Shown in pieces: positions 26,917-35,564 of a stretch of DNA of 64,000 nucleotides. The position numbers and the translations under genes were made by a program. The notes beneath the pieces were generated by a model. It saw only the letters and a list, made by a program, of their open reading frames with translations. It searched no databases and was not told where the DNA came from. The stretch spans positions 343 through 64,342 of the forward strand of contig CAZMNK010000005.1 of assembly GCA_964567625.1 (NCBI GenBank). The letters run 5' to 3'. Within the stretch, counting starts at the first letter, position 1. Each line of letters starts with the position of its first letter. The stretch is from an uncultured Enterobacterales bacterium. Lineage in GTDB: Bacteria > Myxococcota_A > UBA796 > CAJQPC01.

Positions 26917-29433
26917 GTGGCATGGACCTTGTCCCTCGCAGAAATCGATCCCGACGACGTTCGTGCTGTCGGGGGAAAGGCCGCAGCCTTGGCCCGGCTG
27001 GTGGAGCGGGGGCTGCCGGTGCCTGCTGCGTTTGTGGTGCCTGTCGAGGGGTTGCGGGCCACCCTGGACGCCAATGGACTGACCGAGGTTGCGCGCAAGC
27101 TCCGGCGTGATCCCACGCCTCAACGGGCGCAGGAGCTTCGGCAGGGGATCCTGGCGGCGACCTTGCCCGGGAAGCTCGAGGCGGCCGTCGACCGGGCTGC
27201 TCGGCGCCTCGGGGGAGCGTTGGCTGTCCGGTCGTCGGCGGTGGACGAGGACAGCCGGGATCGGTCCTTTGCGGGGCAGTACGAGACCGTGCTCAACGTC
27301 TCTCCCGGCCCAGGGCTCCACCAGGCACTGAGGCGCTGTTGGGCCTCCTGGTATGGCGAGCGAGCCCTGGCCTACCGGCGCAAGGGATTGCGGCGGCCTC
27401 CTCTCGTGGGGATGGCGGTGGTCGTGCAGGGGCTGGTGGACGCCCGGGTGTCCGGGGTCTTGTTCACGGTGAACCCGGTGACGGGCAACTGGCGCGAGAT
27501 GACCCTGGAGGCGGCCTGGGGGCAGGGGGAAGCGCTTGTTTCGGGCCAGGTGGCTCCGGAACGCTACCGTTTGCAGCGACCTCGTCGGAGCCCGGGTCCA
27601 CTGCGGCGTCGGATGGGTTTCTGGGGGCTCAGTGAGCTGGGCTGGGAGCCGTCTGACCAGCAGAGGCAACTGTTGCCTGGAGACTCGGGAGAACTGTCCT
27701 GGCACCCGGCGCCCCAGGGCCATCGGGCATTGACGCGCGCCCAGGTTCTCGCCATTGGCCAGATGGGGCTCAAGGCCGAGGACCTGACAGGAAGCGCCCA
27801 GGACGTGGAGTGGGCGCTGGGACAGGATGGCCGGGTGCGGGTGCTTCAGGCCCGGGCTGTCACTGCCGCCGGGGAGCCTGTGCCCAGTGGCCAGGTCCTC
27901 TGGACCCGTCGTTTTGTGGGAGAGCGTTGGACGGAACCGGCCAGTCCCTGTGGCTGGAGCATCGTGGGTCCACTGTTGGAGTGGTTCATCGAGTACCCGG
28001 AGACTGCTCGCAGGTACCTGGGCGGCGCGCCACCCACGCGACTCCATCGGGGATGGCCCTACTTCAACGTCACCGTGTTCCGGCACCTCGCATTCAAGCC
28101 TCCGGGCCGACCCCCGCCACGGTTCATGCTGGAGTTCCTGCCGCCGGAGGAGTCGGATCGCTGGATGCGTCGTTTCGCCGCGCCGGTGGATTTCCGGGTC
28201 TACGGTTCGATCCTGAAGACCACCCTCCAGGAGAAGCGCTGGCGGCGGTTTCGGCCGAACCCGCTGAACAATCCGGCGGCTTGGGATGCCCTGGAGCAGC
28301 GGTTGGAGCGGGACATCCCGGCGTTGGCTCGCAGCGAGGAGCCGCCGGTGGCTCGGGTCCGAGCGGGAATCGAGCTGGCCCGGGACTACATCAAGGTCCA
28401 CATCTGTTCGCTGCTCTTCGCAAACCTGACCTTTCAGATCGCCGAGAACCGGGTCCCCTCAGACCTCCAGGAAGACCTGCTCCGTTGCCCCAAGGAGAAC
28501 TGGACCCAGCGGACGAATCGCGAGTTGTACGGGCTGGCCAAGGGCGGCGATCTGTCCGAGTTTCTGGAACGGTACGGCTTTCGAGGGGCCACGTCCTCCT
28601 GGGAGATCTTCAGCCCTCGGTGGGCGGAAGAACCCCACCGGGTCGAGCGGCTGGTGGCCCCCTATGCCGACGGGGTGTTGGCGGACCCGGAACGGGTGGC
28701 GCGGGAGCAGGAACAGGCGTCCCGTGCAGCCATGGAAGCTCTGGAGTCCCGGACCTCGGGTCTCCGGGGACGGGGCCTGGTGCGCCTGGTGCGATTGACC
28801 CGCCGCTATCTCCAGCTTCGAGAGGATCAGCGCTACCAGTTCGATCGGCTCCTCTACGTGCTCAAGCAGGCGCTGCTGGACCTGGGGGGGGAACTTCTGG
28901 ACGACCGGGAAGAGGTCCGCTGGTTGGAGTGGCGGGAGCTCGAAGGACTGGCTTCGGGGACCTTCCAGCGAGGAGAAGCCCGCGATCGCATTGCCTCCCG
29001 GCAGAAGCGGTGGGCTGACTATGGGCAGGAGGGGCGCCCTCCGGCGTTTCTGGTCGGCGATGAGGCGTTGGAGATCCCGGTGGGTGGCGATCGATTGCGC
29101 GGCCTCGGGATCTCCCCGGGACGGGTGACCGGGACCGTGCGCATCCTGCGAAGCCCCGATGAAGCCTGGCGACTCGGTCGGGGGGACATCCTGGTCGCCA
29201 CCGCCACGGACCCGGGGTGGACCCCCCTGTTCCTGGTGGCTGGAGGGGTGGTGCTGGAGTTGGGTTCCATGCTCAGTCACGGGGCGGTCGTGGCCCGGGA
29301 GTACCGCCTGCCGGCCGTGGTGAATGTGCCCGATGCCACCGAGGTGCTGCGGGATGGGCAGCGGATCACGCTGGATGGAACCACCGGCCGCATCTATGTC
29401 TTCGGACACCTGGGGACGCCCCACCCCAGCTGA
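26917..29433 (+). CDS. PEP-utilising enzyme family protein: N-terminal PEP/pyruvate-binding ATP-grasp, long central domain, C-terminal swivelling phospho-His domain; no PEP TIM barrel (rifampin-phosphotransferase-like layout)
   Basis: 838 aa, GTG start. AVGGKAAALARLVERGLPVPAAFVV and AVRSSAVDEDS (ATP-grasp). C-terminus GISPGRVTGTVRIL...GDILVATATDPGWTPLF...GSMLSHGAVVAREYRLPAVVNV. Confidence 0.8.
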   Translation: MAWTLSLAEIDPDDVRAVGGKAAALARLVERGLPVPAAFVVPVEGLRATLDANGLTEVARKLRRDPTPQRAQELRQGILAATLPGKLEAAVDRAARRLGGALAVRSSAVDEDSRDRSFAGQYETVLNVSPGPGLHQALRRCWASWYGERALAYRRKGLRRPPLVGMAVVVQGLVDARVSGVLFTVNPVTGNWREMTLEAAWGQGEALVSGQVAPERYRLQRPRRSPGPLRRRMGFWGLSELGWEPSDQQRQLLPGDSGELSWHPAPQGHRALTRAQVLAIGQMGLKAEDLTGSAQDVEWALGQDGRVRVLQARAVTAAGEPVPSGQVLWTRRFVGERWTEPASPCGWSIVGPLLEWFIEYPETARRYLGGAPPTRLHRGWPYFNVTVFRHLAFKPPGRPPPRFMLEFLPPEESDRWMRRFAAPVDFRVYGSILKTTLQEKRWRRFRPNPLNNPAAWDALEQRLERDIPALARSEEPPVARVRAGIELARDYIKVHICSLLFANLTFQIAENRVPSDLQEDLLRCPKENWTQRTNRELYGLAKGGDLSEFLERYGFRGATSSWEIFSPRWAEEPHRVERLVAPYADGVLADPERVAREQEQASRAAMEALESRTSGLRGRGLVRLVRLTRRYLQLREDQRYQFDRLLYVLKQALLDLGGELLDDREEVRWLEWRELEGLASGTFQRGEARDRIASRQKRWADYGQEGRPPAFLVGDEALEIPVGGDRLRGLGISPGRVTGTVRILRSPDEAWRLGRGDILVATATDPGWTPLFLVAGGVVLELGSMLSHGAVVAREYRLPAVVNVPDATEVLRDGQRITLDGTTGRIYVFGHLGTPHPS

Positions 29434-29490
29434 GTCGGGGGAGTTCATGGCCTGTGGGCCCGGATTGCAGCGGGAGTGATCCTCAGCAAG

Positions 29491-29512
29491 AAGTCTTGAC
29501 ATGACAAGACTT
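29491..29512. promoter_or_regulatory. Perfect 8-bp inverted repeat with 6-nt spacer (AAGTCTTG-ACATGA-CAAGACTT), containing a TTGACA hexamer
   Basis: Read directly in the visibly less GC-rich gap between the PEP-utilising gene stop (29433) and the dam start. TTGACA lies at 29496-29501 and TATGTT 15 nt downstream. Could be a terminator, an operator or a promoter element. Confidence 0.5.
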
Positions 29513-29530
29513 GTGCTATGTTGATGGTGC

Positions 29531-29548
29531 GACCTGAAGCTTCAGGTC
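29531..29548. promoter_or_regulatory. Perfect 18-bp palindrome GACCTGAAGCTTCAGGTC upstream of dam
   Basis: Self-complementary over all 18 nt. The heptamer TGAAGCT recurs at 29535, 29551 and 29587, the last abutting the GTG start. Confidence 0.55.
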
Positions 29549-29593
29549 ATTGAAGCTCTTGCTGTTTCTGCTGATCCTATCCCCGCTGAAGCT

Positions 29594-30436
29594 GTGTCTA
29601 CACTCCCCCTGCATGCCCCCCGGATTCCCGGTCGGGCCTCGCTCCCGCGCCCCTTCCTGAAGTGGGTCGGTGGGAAACGGCAACTCCTCCGAGAGTTGCT
29701 ACAACATGTGCCCAGGCGCTTTGGTCGCTACCACGAGCCCTTCCTGGGGGGTGGCGCCCTGTACTTTGCGCTCCAGCCCGAGCACTCCTGCCTGGCGGAC
29801 TTCAACACCCGGCTGGTCGCGACCTACAAAGGGGTTCGCGATGACGTGGATGCGGTCGTGAAGACGCTGTCGAAGTGGCCCTATGACAAGGATTTCTATC
29901 TGAAATGCCGGGCTCGCTCGATCGATGGCAAGCCGGCGAAACAGATCGCTGCCTGGATGATCTACCTCAACAAGGCAGGCTTCAATGGCCTGTACCGGGT
30001 CAACCAGAAGGGGCAGTTCAACGTGCCCTTCGGCCGCTACACCAACCCGCGGATCTGCGATGAGGACAACCTGAGGGCGTGCTCGAGCGTGCTCGGGAAG
30101 ACCCTCCTGGAGACCGGGGACTTCGAGCAGGTGCTCGATCGGGCCGAGCGCGGGGACTTTGTCTACTTCGACCCGCCCTATGTGCCGGTCTCGCCCACAG
30201 CGTCGTTCACCTCGTACACCGCGAGGGGTTTCAATCTTGCCGATCAGGTTCGTCTGCGCGACACCGCCCTGGCGTTGAAGCACCGTGGGGTGCACGTTCT
30301 CTTGTCGAATTCGGACACCGAGTTGGTCCATCGCCTCTATGGCCGAGGCTTCCGCATGCGCAGGGTCCAGGCCAGCCGAAACATCAACTGCAAGGCAGGC
30401 AAACGAGGCAAGGTGGGCGAGGTCATTCTCTGGTAG
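29594..30436 (+). CDS. dam: Dam-family (D12 class, alpha-type) DNA N6-adenine methyltransferase, probably GATC-specific
   Basis: 280 aa. FLKWVGGKRQLL, EPFLGGGALYF (motif I) and DFVYFDPPYVP (motif IV) in Dam order. GTG start at 29594 is uncertain. No nuclease-like ORF adjacent. Confidence 0.85.
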   Translation: MSTLPLHAPRIPGRASLPRPFLKWVGGKRQLLRELLQHVPRRFGRYHEPFLGGGALYFALQPEHSCLADFNTRLVATYKGVRDDVDAVVKTLSKWPYDKDFYLKCRARSIDGKPAKQIAAWMIYLNKAGFNGLYRVNQKGQFNVPFGRYTNPRICDEDNLRACSSVLGKTLLETGDFEQVLDRAERGDFVYFDPPYVPVSPTASFTSYTARGFNLADQVRLRDTALALKHRGVHVLLSNSDTELVHRLYGRGFRMRRVQASRNINCKAGKRGKVGEVILW

Positions 30437-30466
30437 GGCGCTGACCGGGCTACCCTGGGGCGGCCC

Positions 30467-31468
30467 ATGGTCTCTCATTCCCACGGTGTCTCGCTCTCGG
30501 CGGTGGTTGTCACCCACCGCGGCGGTGCCTTGCTGGGCGCTTGCCTGGACGCTCTGGGGCCCCAACTCCAGCCGGGGGACGAGATCGTGGTTGTGGCTTC
30601 CGCGGAGCCCGGCCAGGCGGATCTGACGCCGGTCAGAGGGCGTGCCCAGGTGGTGGAGATCGGGGCCAACGAGGGCTATGCCCGTGCGGCAAACCGGGGA
30701 CTGGCCCGGGCCCAGGGCGATGGGCTGTTGGTGCTCAACGATGACACCCGTGCGCTTCCGGGATTCTTGTCGGCCCTTCGAGGTGCGGCCCGGGTTCCTG
30801 GTCTCTACCAGCCTCGGATCCTCCTGGACGATGACACTGGGCGGCTGGACAACACGGGCCATGGCCTCTTCCCTGACGGCTTCAACTGGGCCATCGGTCG
30901 GGAGGATGCCGATGGACCGAGCTACGACGTTCCACGCCAGGTAGGGGCCTGTAGCGGAGCGGCCATGGGGCTCCACCGGGCGGTGTTGGAGGCGGTTGGC
31001 GCCTTTGACGAGGACCTGGAGTCCTTTGGCGAGGATGTGGACCTGTCCCTGCGGGCACGGCGGCGGGGCTTTCCCCTGTGCTACGTCCCCGCCGCGCGGA
31101 TCGCCCATGTCCTCGGAGCAACCCATGGACGCTATGGGTCCCGAAAGTGCTACCTGGTGGAGCGCAACCGGGTGCGTGCAGCGGTGCGATCCCTGCCCTC
31201 GACAGCGATCCTCACCATGCCTGCCTGGACCGCACTCCGGATCGCCGGACTGGGGGTCGCGGCCATGACCGGGCGAGGATGGGGAGCCCGCATCCAGGGC
31301 TCGGCGGGCCCGGCAGCCCTGGCAGGTATCGTCTCCGGGTTGGCCCACTTGCCCGATGCGCTGGCCAAGAGAAGCGCCGACGCCCGGGAGTGGCAGGCGG
31401 ATGATCGGGAAATGTGGGGGCACATCTTGCGGCACCGGGTCCGTCTGCGGGACCTGTTGCGCCCATGA
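30467..31468 (+). CDS. Glycosyltransferase family 2
   Basis: 333 aa. LSAVVVTHRGGALLGACLDAL...GANEGYARAANRGL...LVLNDDT...EDVDLSLRARRRGF. Confidence 0.8.
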   Translation: MVSHSHGVSLSAVVVTHRGGALLGACLDALGPQLQPGDEIVVVASAEPGQADLTPVRGRAQVVEIGANEGYARAANRGLARAQGDGLLVLNDDTRALPGFLSALRGAARVPGLYQPRILLDDDTGRLDNTGHGLFPDGFNWAIGREDADGPSYDVPRQVGACSGAAMGLHRAVLEAVGAFDEDLESFGEDVDLSLRARRRGFPLCYVPAARIAHVLGATHGRYGSRKCYLVERNRVRAAVRSLPSTAILTMPAWTALRIAGLGVAAMTGRGWGARIQGSAGPAALAGIVSGLAHLPDALAKRSADAREWQADDREMWGHILRHRVRLRDLLRP

Positions 31469-32121
31469 ATGCGGCTGTCGTGGTCGCCCTGGACGTGGCC
31501 AGCACCCTTCCGGGCGTCCTGGCCCAGCTCCCCCCGGAGTTGCACGTGGTGGTGGTCGATGATGGGAGCACGGATGGCACGGCCCGACCGGGCCCCGAAG
31601 GGGCAGAACTGGTTCGACATGCCGCCAATCGCGGCTACGGCGCCGCTCAGAAGTCCGGCTATGCAGCAGCGCTGGACCAGGGCTGTGAGCGCATCGTTCT
31701 GGTTCATGGAGACGGCCAGTACCAGGTGGGAGACCTGCTCTCCCTCCTGGAGGCCCTGGATGAAGCGGACGTGGCCCTGGGCTCTCGTTTTCTACAGGAC
31801 GAGGGCCGCACCATTCCCGGCTGGCGCCGCTGGGGCAACCGGGGGTTGACGACAGTGTTCAATCGGCGACTGGACACCTCCTTCACCGATCTGCACACCG
31901 GGGCTCGGGCCTACCGCGCCAGCGCACTGCAGGAGCTGCCCCTGGCGGACTTCTCCGACGACTATCTCTTCGATCAGCAGGTGCTCGTGGAGGCCGTGCG
32001 AGCGGGTCTGCGGGTTGTCGAGCGGCCCTGTGCCGTTTCCTATGACTCTTCAGTGCAGTCGATCAGCCTGGGCCGATCCGTGGTCTATGGCCTGGGGTGT
32101 CTCCGGACGATCCTGGGCTGA
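31465..32121 (+). CDS. Glycosyltransferase family 2 (polyprenol-phosphate sugar transferase-like)
   Basis: Start at ATG 31465 forms ATGA with the upstream stop. VVVVDDGSTDGT...AANRGYGAAQKSGY...LVHGDGQY. Confidence 0.8.
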   Translation: MNAAVVVALDVASTLPGVLAQLPPELHVVVVDDGSTDGTARPGPEGAELVRHAANRGYGAAQKSGYAAALDQGCERIVLVHGDGQYQVGDLLSLLEALDEADVALGSRFLQDEGRTIPGWRRWGNRGLTTVFNRRLDTSFTDLHTGARAYRASALQELPLADFSDDYLFDQQVLVEAVRAGLRVVERPCAVSYDSSVQSISLGRSVVYGLGCLRTILG

Positions 32122-32128
32122 GGGCTCG

Positions 32129-33193
32129 TCAGCGGACCTGCTTGTGGTGTTTGTGCCGGTGATGCAGGTCTGGCTGGTGGGGATGGGCGTGACGGTTGGC
32201 TTCGTGGGCGTGCTCATGGGTGTGCCAGGCCTCGGGTGGCAGGCCTTCATGGGTGTGGTTGTGGTGCCCATCGTCGTGGCGATGGGGGTGGGTGTGGACC
32301 GTGGCCTCGTGGTCATGGAGGTGTTCGTGATGGCTGGTGAGCAGCAAGGCCAGCGCCAGCGCCATCGTGGCTCCGGCGGCGAGTTGCACCGGGAGGACAG
32401 GCTCATGGAGGGCGAACCAGGCCAGCCCCATGCCCAGGAAGGGGGCCGTGGCAAAGAGCATCTGTGACCGCGTGGCCCCCAGTTGCTGGGCGCCCCGGAT
32501 GTAGAGGACGATGGACGCCCCATAGGCCAGCGCCCCCACGACCAGGGCGGACACCACCAAGACCGGGCCTGGCAGGGCTCCTTCCAGAACCAGCCCCAGC
32601 CCCAGGTTCAGGCTGCCGGCCACCAGGCCCTTGGCACAGGTGGTCTGGGCCGGGGTGTAGCCGTCGATCACGGCGGTGAAGTTGTTGTCCAGCCCCCAGC
32701 AGACACAGGCCAGCCCGATGAGGAGGGCGGAGGGCGCCACAGCGAAGTTCTCTGGGGCGGCCAGCATCACGCCGGCGGTCAGCACGAGGAGGTTGGCGAC
32801 CCAGGTGCGACCATCCATGTTTTCGCGGAAGAAGGTCCAGGCCAGCAGGGCCGTGGCGGTGGTCTCCAGGTTGAGCCAGAGGGAGACGCTGGCCGAAGGG
32901 GCGGTCTGCAGGCCCAGCAGGAGTGCCACGGGTCCCAGGATGCCACCGAAGAGAATCGCGCCCCCCAGGCGGACCAGGTTGGCCCGGTCCCGATGGCGAG
33001 ATCGAAAGCCGCTGGAGAGGGCGCTTGGCAAGGTGGCCAGGGCCGCCCCCAGGTACAGCAGACCGGCCAGGCTCAAGGGCCCCAAGGCCCCGTCGAGCAG
33101 GGCCTTTGAGGCCGGAATGGAGGCTCCAAAAAGGGCTGCGGAGGCGAGGCACCAGAACACCGGCAATGTGTGGGACCGGGGGTGTTCCGTCAT
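32129..33193 (-). CDS. DMT/EamA family transporter (about 10 TM) with a roughly 67-aa His-rich cytoplasmic C-terminal tail
   Basis: Start at ATG 33193 (ATGA overlap with the upstream stop; alternative start 33208). Two EamA-like halves. Tail: SHHEHLHDHEATVHTHPHRHDDGHHNHTHEGLPPEAWHTHEHAHEANRHAHPHQPDLHHRHKHHK. Confidence 0.75.
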   Translation of the reverse strand: MTEHPRSHTLPVFWCLASAALFGASIPASKALLDGALGPLSLAGLLYLGAALATLPSALSSGFRSRHRDRANLVRLGGAILFGGILGPVALLLGLQTAPSASVSLWLNLETTATALLAWTFFRENMDGRTWVANLLVLTAGVMLAAPENFAVAPSALLIGLACVCWGLDNNFTAVIDGYTPAQTTCAKGLVAGSLNLGLGLVLEGALPGPVLVVSALVVGALAYGASIVLYIRGAQQLGATRSQMLFATAPFLGMGLAWFALHEPVLPVQLAAGATMALALALLLTSHHEHLHDHEATVHTHPHRHDDGHHNHTHEGLPPEAWHTHEHAHEANRHAHPHQPDLHHRHKHHKQVR

Positions 33194-34140
33194 CGTCCGC
33201 CCTGCCACTGTCCCAGGAGTTCTGCGAGCTGGTTGGGCAATTCCCTTGGTCCCCCATGGAGAACCGGGGAGATGATTCCGGGAAGCGCTCGTACAAGTGC
33301 CGCCAGCGAAGGGATCCGCGGGTCTTCTCCCAGTGCGCGGTGCTGGCGGTGGATGTCTCGGGTTCGCCTGTAGAGCGCCCCGGGCCTGCGGGTGTGGCTG
33401 TGCACGACGGGTGCTCCCGGCACGTAGCCGATGCGGTGACTCCGACCCCAGTGCAGGTCTTCGGCGATGGGAACCTCGGGAAGGGGGTCCCGCAACAGCG
33501 TCTCTCGGCGAGCCAGGGCGAAGACGTGGTCCAGCCGATCCATCCGCCTCACAGAACCCGCCGGTGGGGTCCAGTTTCGCAGTCGCTGGCGGGTGATGGA
33601 ATCGGCGGAAGGCCAGGGAATCTGACGTCCGAAGACGGCATCAAATCCACCCGCCTCCAGGGCCTCGACCAGGGTGGAGACAACTCCTGGGCCCCGTGGG
33701 ATGGCATCGTCCACCGTGAACAACACGTAGTCCCCCTGGGCGGCCTCTACGCCCCGTTGACGGGTCCGTCCGTGGCCTTGCCAGGGCACCTGGAGGACCC
33801 GGTCCCCCTCGGGCCGGACATCTCCATTTGCCAGCACCAGGACCTCGACGGAACAGTCCTGGGCCCGGAGGGCTGAAAGGCCGAGGGGGGTCTGTCGGTG
33901 GGTGGGGATCACGGCTGTGACCCGGTGTGTGCGGCCGGGCACAGCCTGGGGTGCCAGCAGGGGACGCAGGGAGCTCAGCAGGTCCGGGTCCGGGCTCTCC
34001 AGGGCGTCCACCAGTGGCAGGAGCTCGTCTGCAGGCCGATCCCGAGGGAGCCTGGTGAGGGTCAAATCGACCCGTTCTCCCTCGCGAAGGGCCGCTTCGA
34101 GCCGGTGTCGTTCAGGCGCGTCCAGACCGGTGAGTCTCAT
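33190..34140 (-). CDS. Glycosyltransferase family 2-like protein with about 85-aa N-terminal extension
   Basis: Start at ATG 34140, 13 bp after the rfbB stop; the longer ORF to 34269 would overlap rfbB. VTAVIPTHRQ...GHGRTRQRGVEAAQGDYVLFTVDDAIP. Confidence 0.6.
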   Translation of the reverse strand: MRLTGLDAPERHRLEAALREGERVDLTLTRLPRDRPADELLPLVDALESPDPDLLSSLRPLLAPQAVPGRTHRVTAVIPTHRQTPLGLSALRAQDCSVEVLVLANGDVRPEGDRVLQVPWQGHGRTRQRGVEAAQGDYVLFTVDDAIPRGPGVVSTLVEALEAGGFDAVFGRQIPWPSADSITRQRLRNWTPPAGSVRRMDRLDHVFALARRETLLRDPLPEVPIAEDLHWGRSHRIGYVPGAPVVHSHTRRPGALYRRTRDIHRQHRALGEDPRIPSLAALVRALPGIISPVLHGGPRELPNQLAELLGQWQGGR

Positions 34141-34153
34141 GGGTCTAGAGAGA

Positions 34154-35086
34154 CTACTCGGAAGGGGGACGTTCCCGGTACCAGCGCACGGTCTCTGCCA
34201 GGCCATCCCTGAAATCGACTCGAGGTGTCCAGCCCAGTTTCGTCCGGGTGTCCCGGTCATCCAGGGCATAGCGCATGTCCTGGCCTGGGCGGTCGGGACC
34301 GGGCTGCAGGGCCGATGGAGGGCGGCTGCACAGGTCCAGCACCTGTTCAGCGACCTGGCGGTTCTGGCGGGGGTTGCCTCCGGAGAAGTGGTAGGTGCTT
34401 CCCGGCTTTCCTCGCTGGAGCACGGTCACCAGGCCAGCAGCGAAGTCCGACACGTGCAGCCAGTCACGGACCGGAGAGCCATCCCCGTGAATCACCAGGG
34501 GCCCCTGGCCCAGTGCGGCGGCGATCCAGGAAGGGACCGCCTTTTCGGTGTGCTGCCGAGGTCCGTAGTTGTTCGTGCTGCGAACCACGGTGGCCCGGTA
34601 GCCAAAAGCGTGTGCTGTGGCGTGGACAAAGGCCTCGGCGGCGGCCTTGGTGGCCGCGTAGGGGTTGCCCGGTGCCAGTCGGTCCCGGGGGCCAAAAGGC
34701 GGGTGATCGGGGGGGCAGGATCCGAAGACTTCGTCGGTGGAGATGTGCACCGTGTGGGGCACCGCGGCGCGGGCAGCGGCCTCGAGCACGATGCGGGTTC
34801 CCTCGACGTTCGTCTGGATGAAGGTCCTGGGGTCGTCCAGGGACCGGGTCACGTGGGATTCGGCCGCGGCGTGGATGATCGCTCCGGTGCCATCGACCAG
34901 CTTCTCCACCAGGTCCTGGTCGCACACGTCGCCCACCACGAGTTCGAGGTCCAGTCCGTCCAGGTGTTCCCGCCGTCCGGCGTAGGTGAGTTTGTCCAGC
35001 ACGACGACCTGGTGTCGTGCGCTCACGAGTTGGCGGGCGAGTTCGGAGCCGATGAAGCCGGCTCCTCCGGTCAGAAGGACCTTCAC
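34154..35086 (-). CDS. rfbB: dTDP-glucose 4,6-dehydratase
   Basis: 310 aa. MKVLLTGGAGFIGSEL, DKLTYAGRREHL, and YAATKAAAE (YxxxK). Confidence 0.9.
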   Translation of the reverse strand: MKVLLTGGAGFIGSELARQLVSARHQVVVLDKLTYAGRREHLDGLDLELVVGDVCDQDLVEKLVDGTGAIIHAAAESHVTRSLDDPRTFIQTNVEGTRIVLEAAARAAVPHTVHISTDEVFGSCPPDHPPFGPRDRLAPGNPYAATKAAAEAFVHATAHAFGYRATVVRSTNNYGPRQHTEKAVPSWIAAALGQGPLVIHGDGSPVRDWLHVSDFAAGLVTVLQRGKPGSTYHFSGGNPRQNRQVAEQVLDLCSRPPSALQPGPDRPGQDMRYALDDRDTRTKLGWTPRVDFRDGLAETVRWYRERPPSE

Positions 35087-35556
35087 GAATCGATGCGACG
35101 CCAGTCGAAGTCGAGCACGCCGTGGGGTGGAATGCGGGTTTCGTCCGGATCATCGCGGTCGTATGGCTGGGACACCATGTTGCAGATCATCGCTTCCTCG
35201 GTGCCGATGTTCTTGAGTCCATGCCAGACGCCGGCCGGGATCCGGACCACGCAGAAATTCCGGTCTCCCAGGACGATGCGCATCTGGTTCCCGTGGGTGG
35301 GGGAGTCCGGGCGGTCGTCCACCAGTCCCAGCAGGACCCGACCTCGCAGGCAGACCATGCGGTCCCACTGCACGGTGTGCTGGTGCCAACCCTTGACCAC
35401 ACCTGGGTAGAGCGTGGTCACGTATACCTGGCCAAAGCCAGCGAACTGGCCGAACATCTCCGGGTCGTCGATCCGCACCAGTTCGGCCAGGGATCCACGC
35501 TGGTCGTTGTGCCAGACCAGCGGCTTGGTCAGCACGCCATCGATGGTCGGGTCCAT
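35083..35556 (-). CDS. rfbC: dTDP-4-dehydrorhamnose 3,5-epimerase family cupin (short archaeal/Thermus-like RmlC type)
   Basis: Start at ATG 35556 (MDPTIDGV...), 157 aa. HNDQRGSLAELVR, VKGWHQH, IPAGVWHGLKN. The 417-aa ORF-track version is an artefactual 5' extension into the CPBP gene. Confidence 0.8.
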   Translation of the reverse strand: MDPTIDGVLTKPLVWHNDQRGSLAELVRIDDPEMFGQFAGFGQVYVTTLYPGVVKGWHQHTVQWDRMVCLRGRVLLGLVDDRPDSPTHGNQMRIVLGDRNFCVVRIPAGVWHGLKNIGTEEAMICNMVSQPYDRDDPDETRIPPHGVLDFDWRRIDS

Positions 35557-35564
35557 GTGCGTCG

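Noticed and set aside
29594-30436. dam as part of a complete restriction-modification or BREX/DISARM-type defence system
   Set aside because: There is no endonuclease, PglZ, helicase or ATPase-type partner ORF in the flanking 3 kb. The neighbours are a PEP-utilising enzyme and glycosyltransferases. It is kept only as an orphan methyltransferase.
32015-32467. 150-aa + strand ORF (V/G/M-rich) opposite the His-rich tail of the DMT transporter
   Set aside because: It is the reverse-complement reading of CAC/CAT-rich codons (GTG/ATG-rich), which makes it an artefact. The minus-strand reading is continuous with a 10-TM EamA protein.
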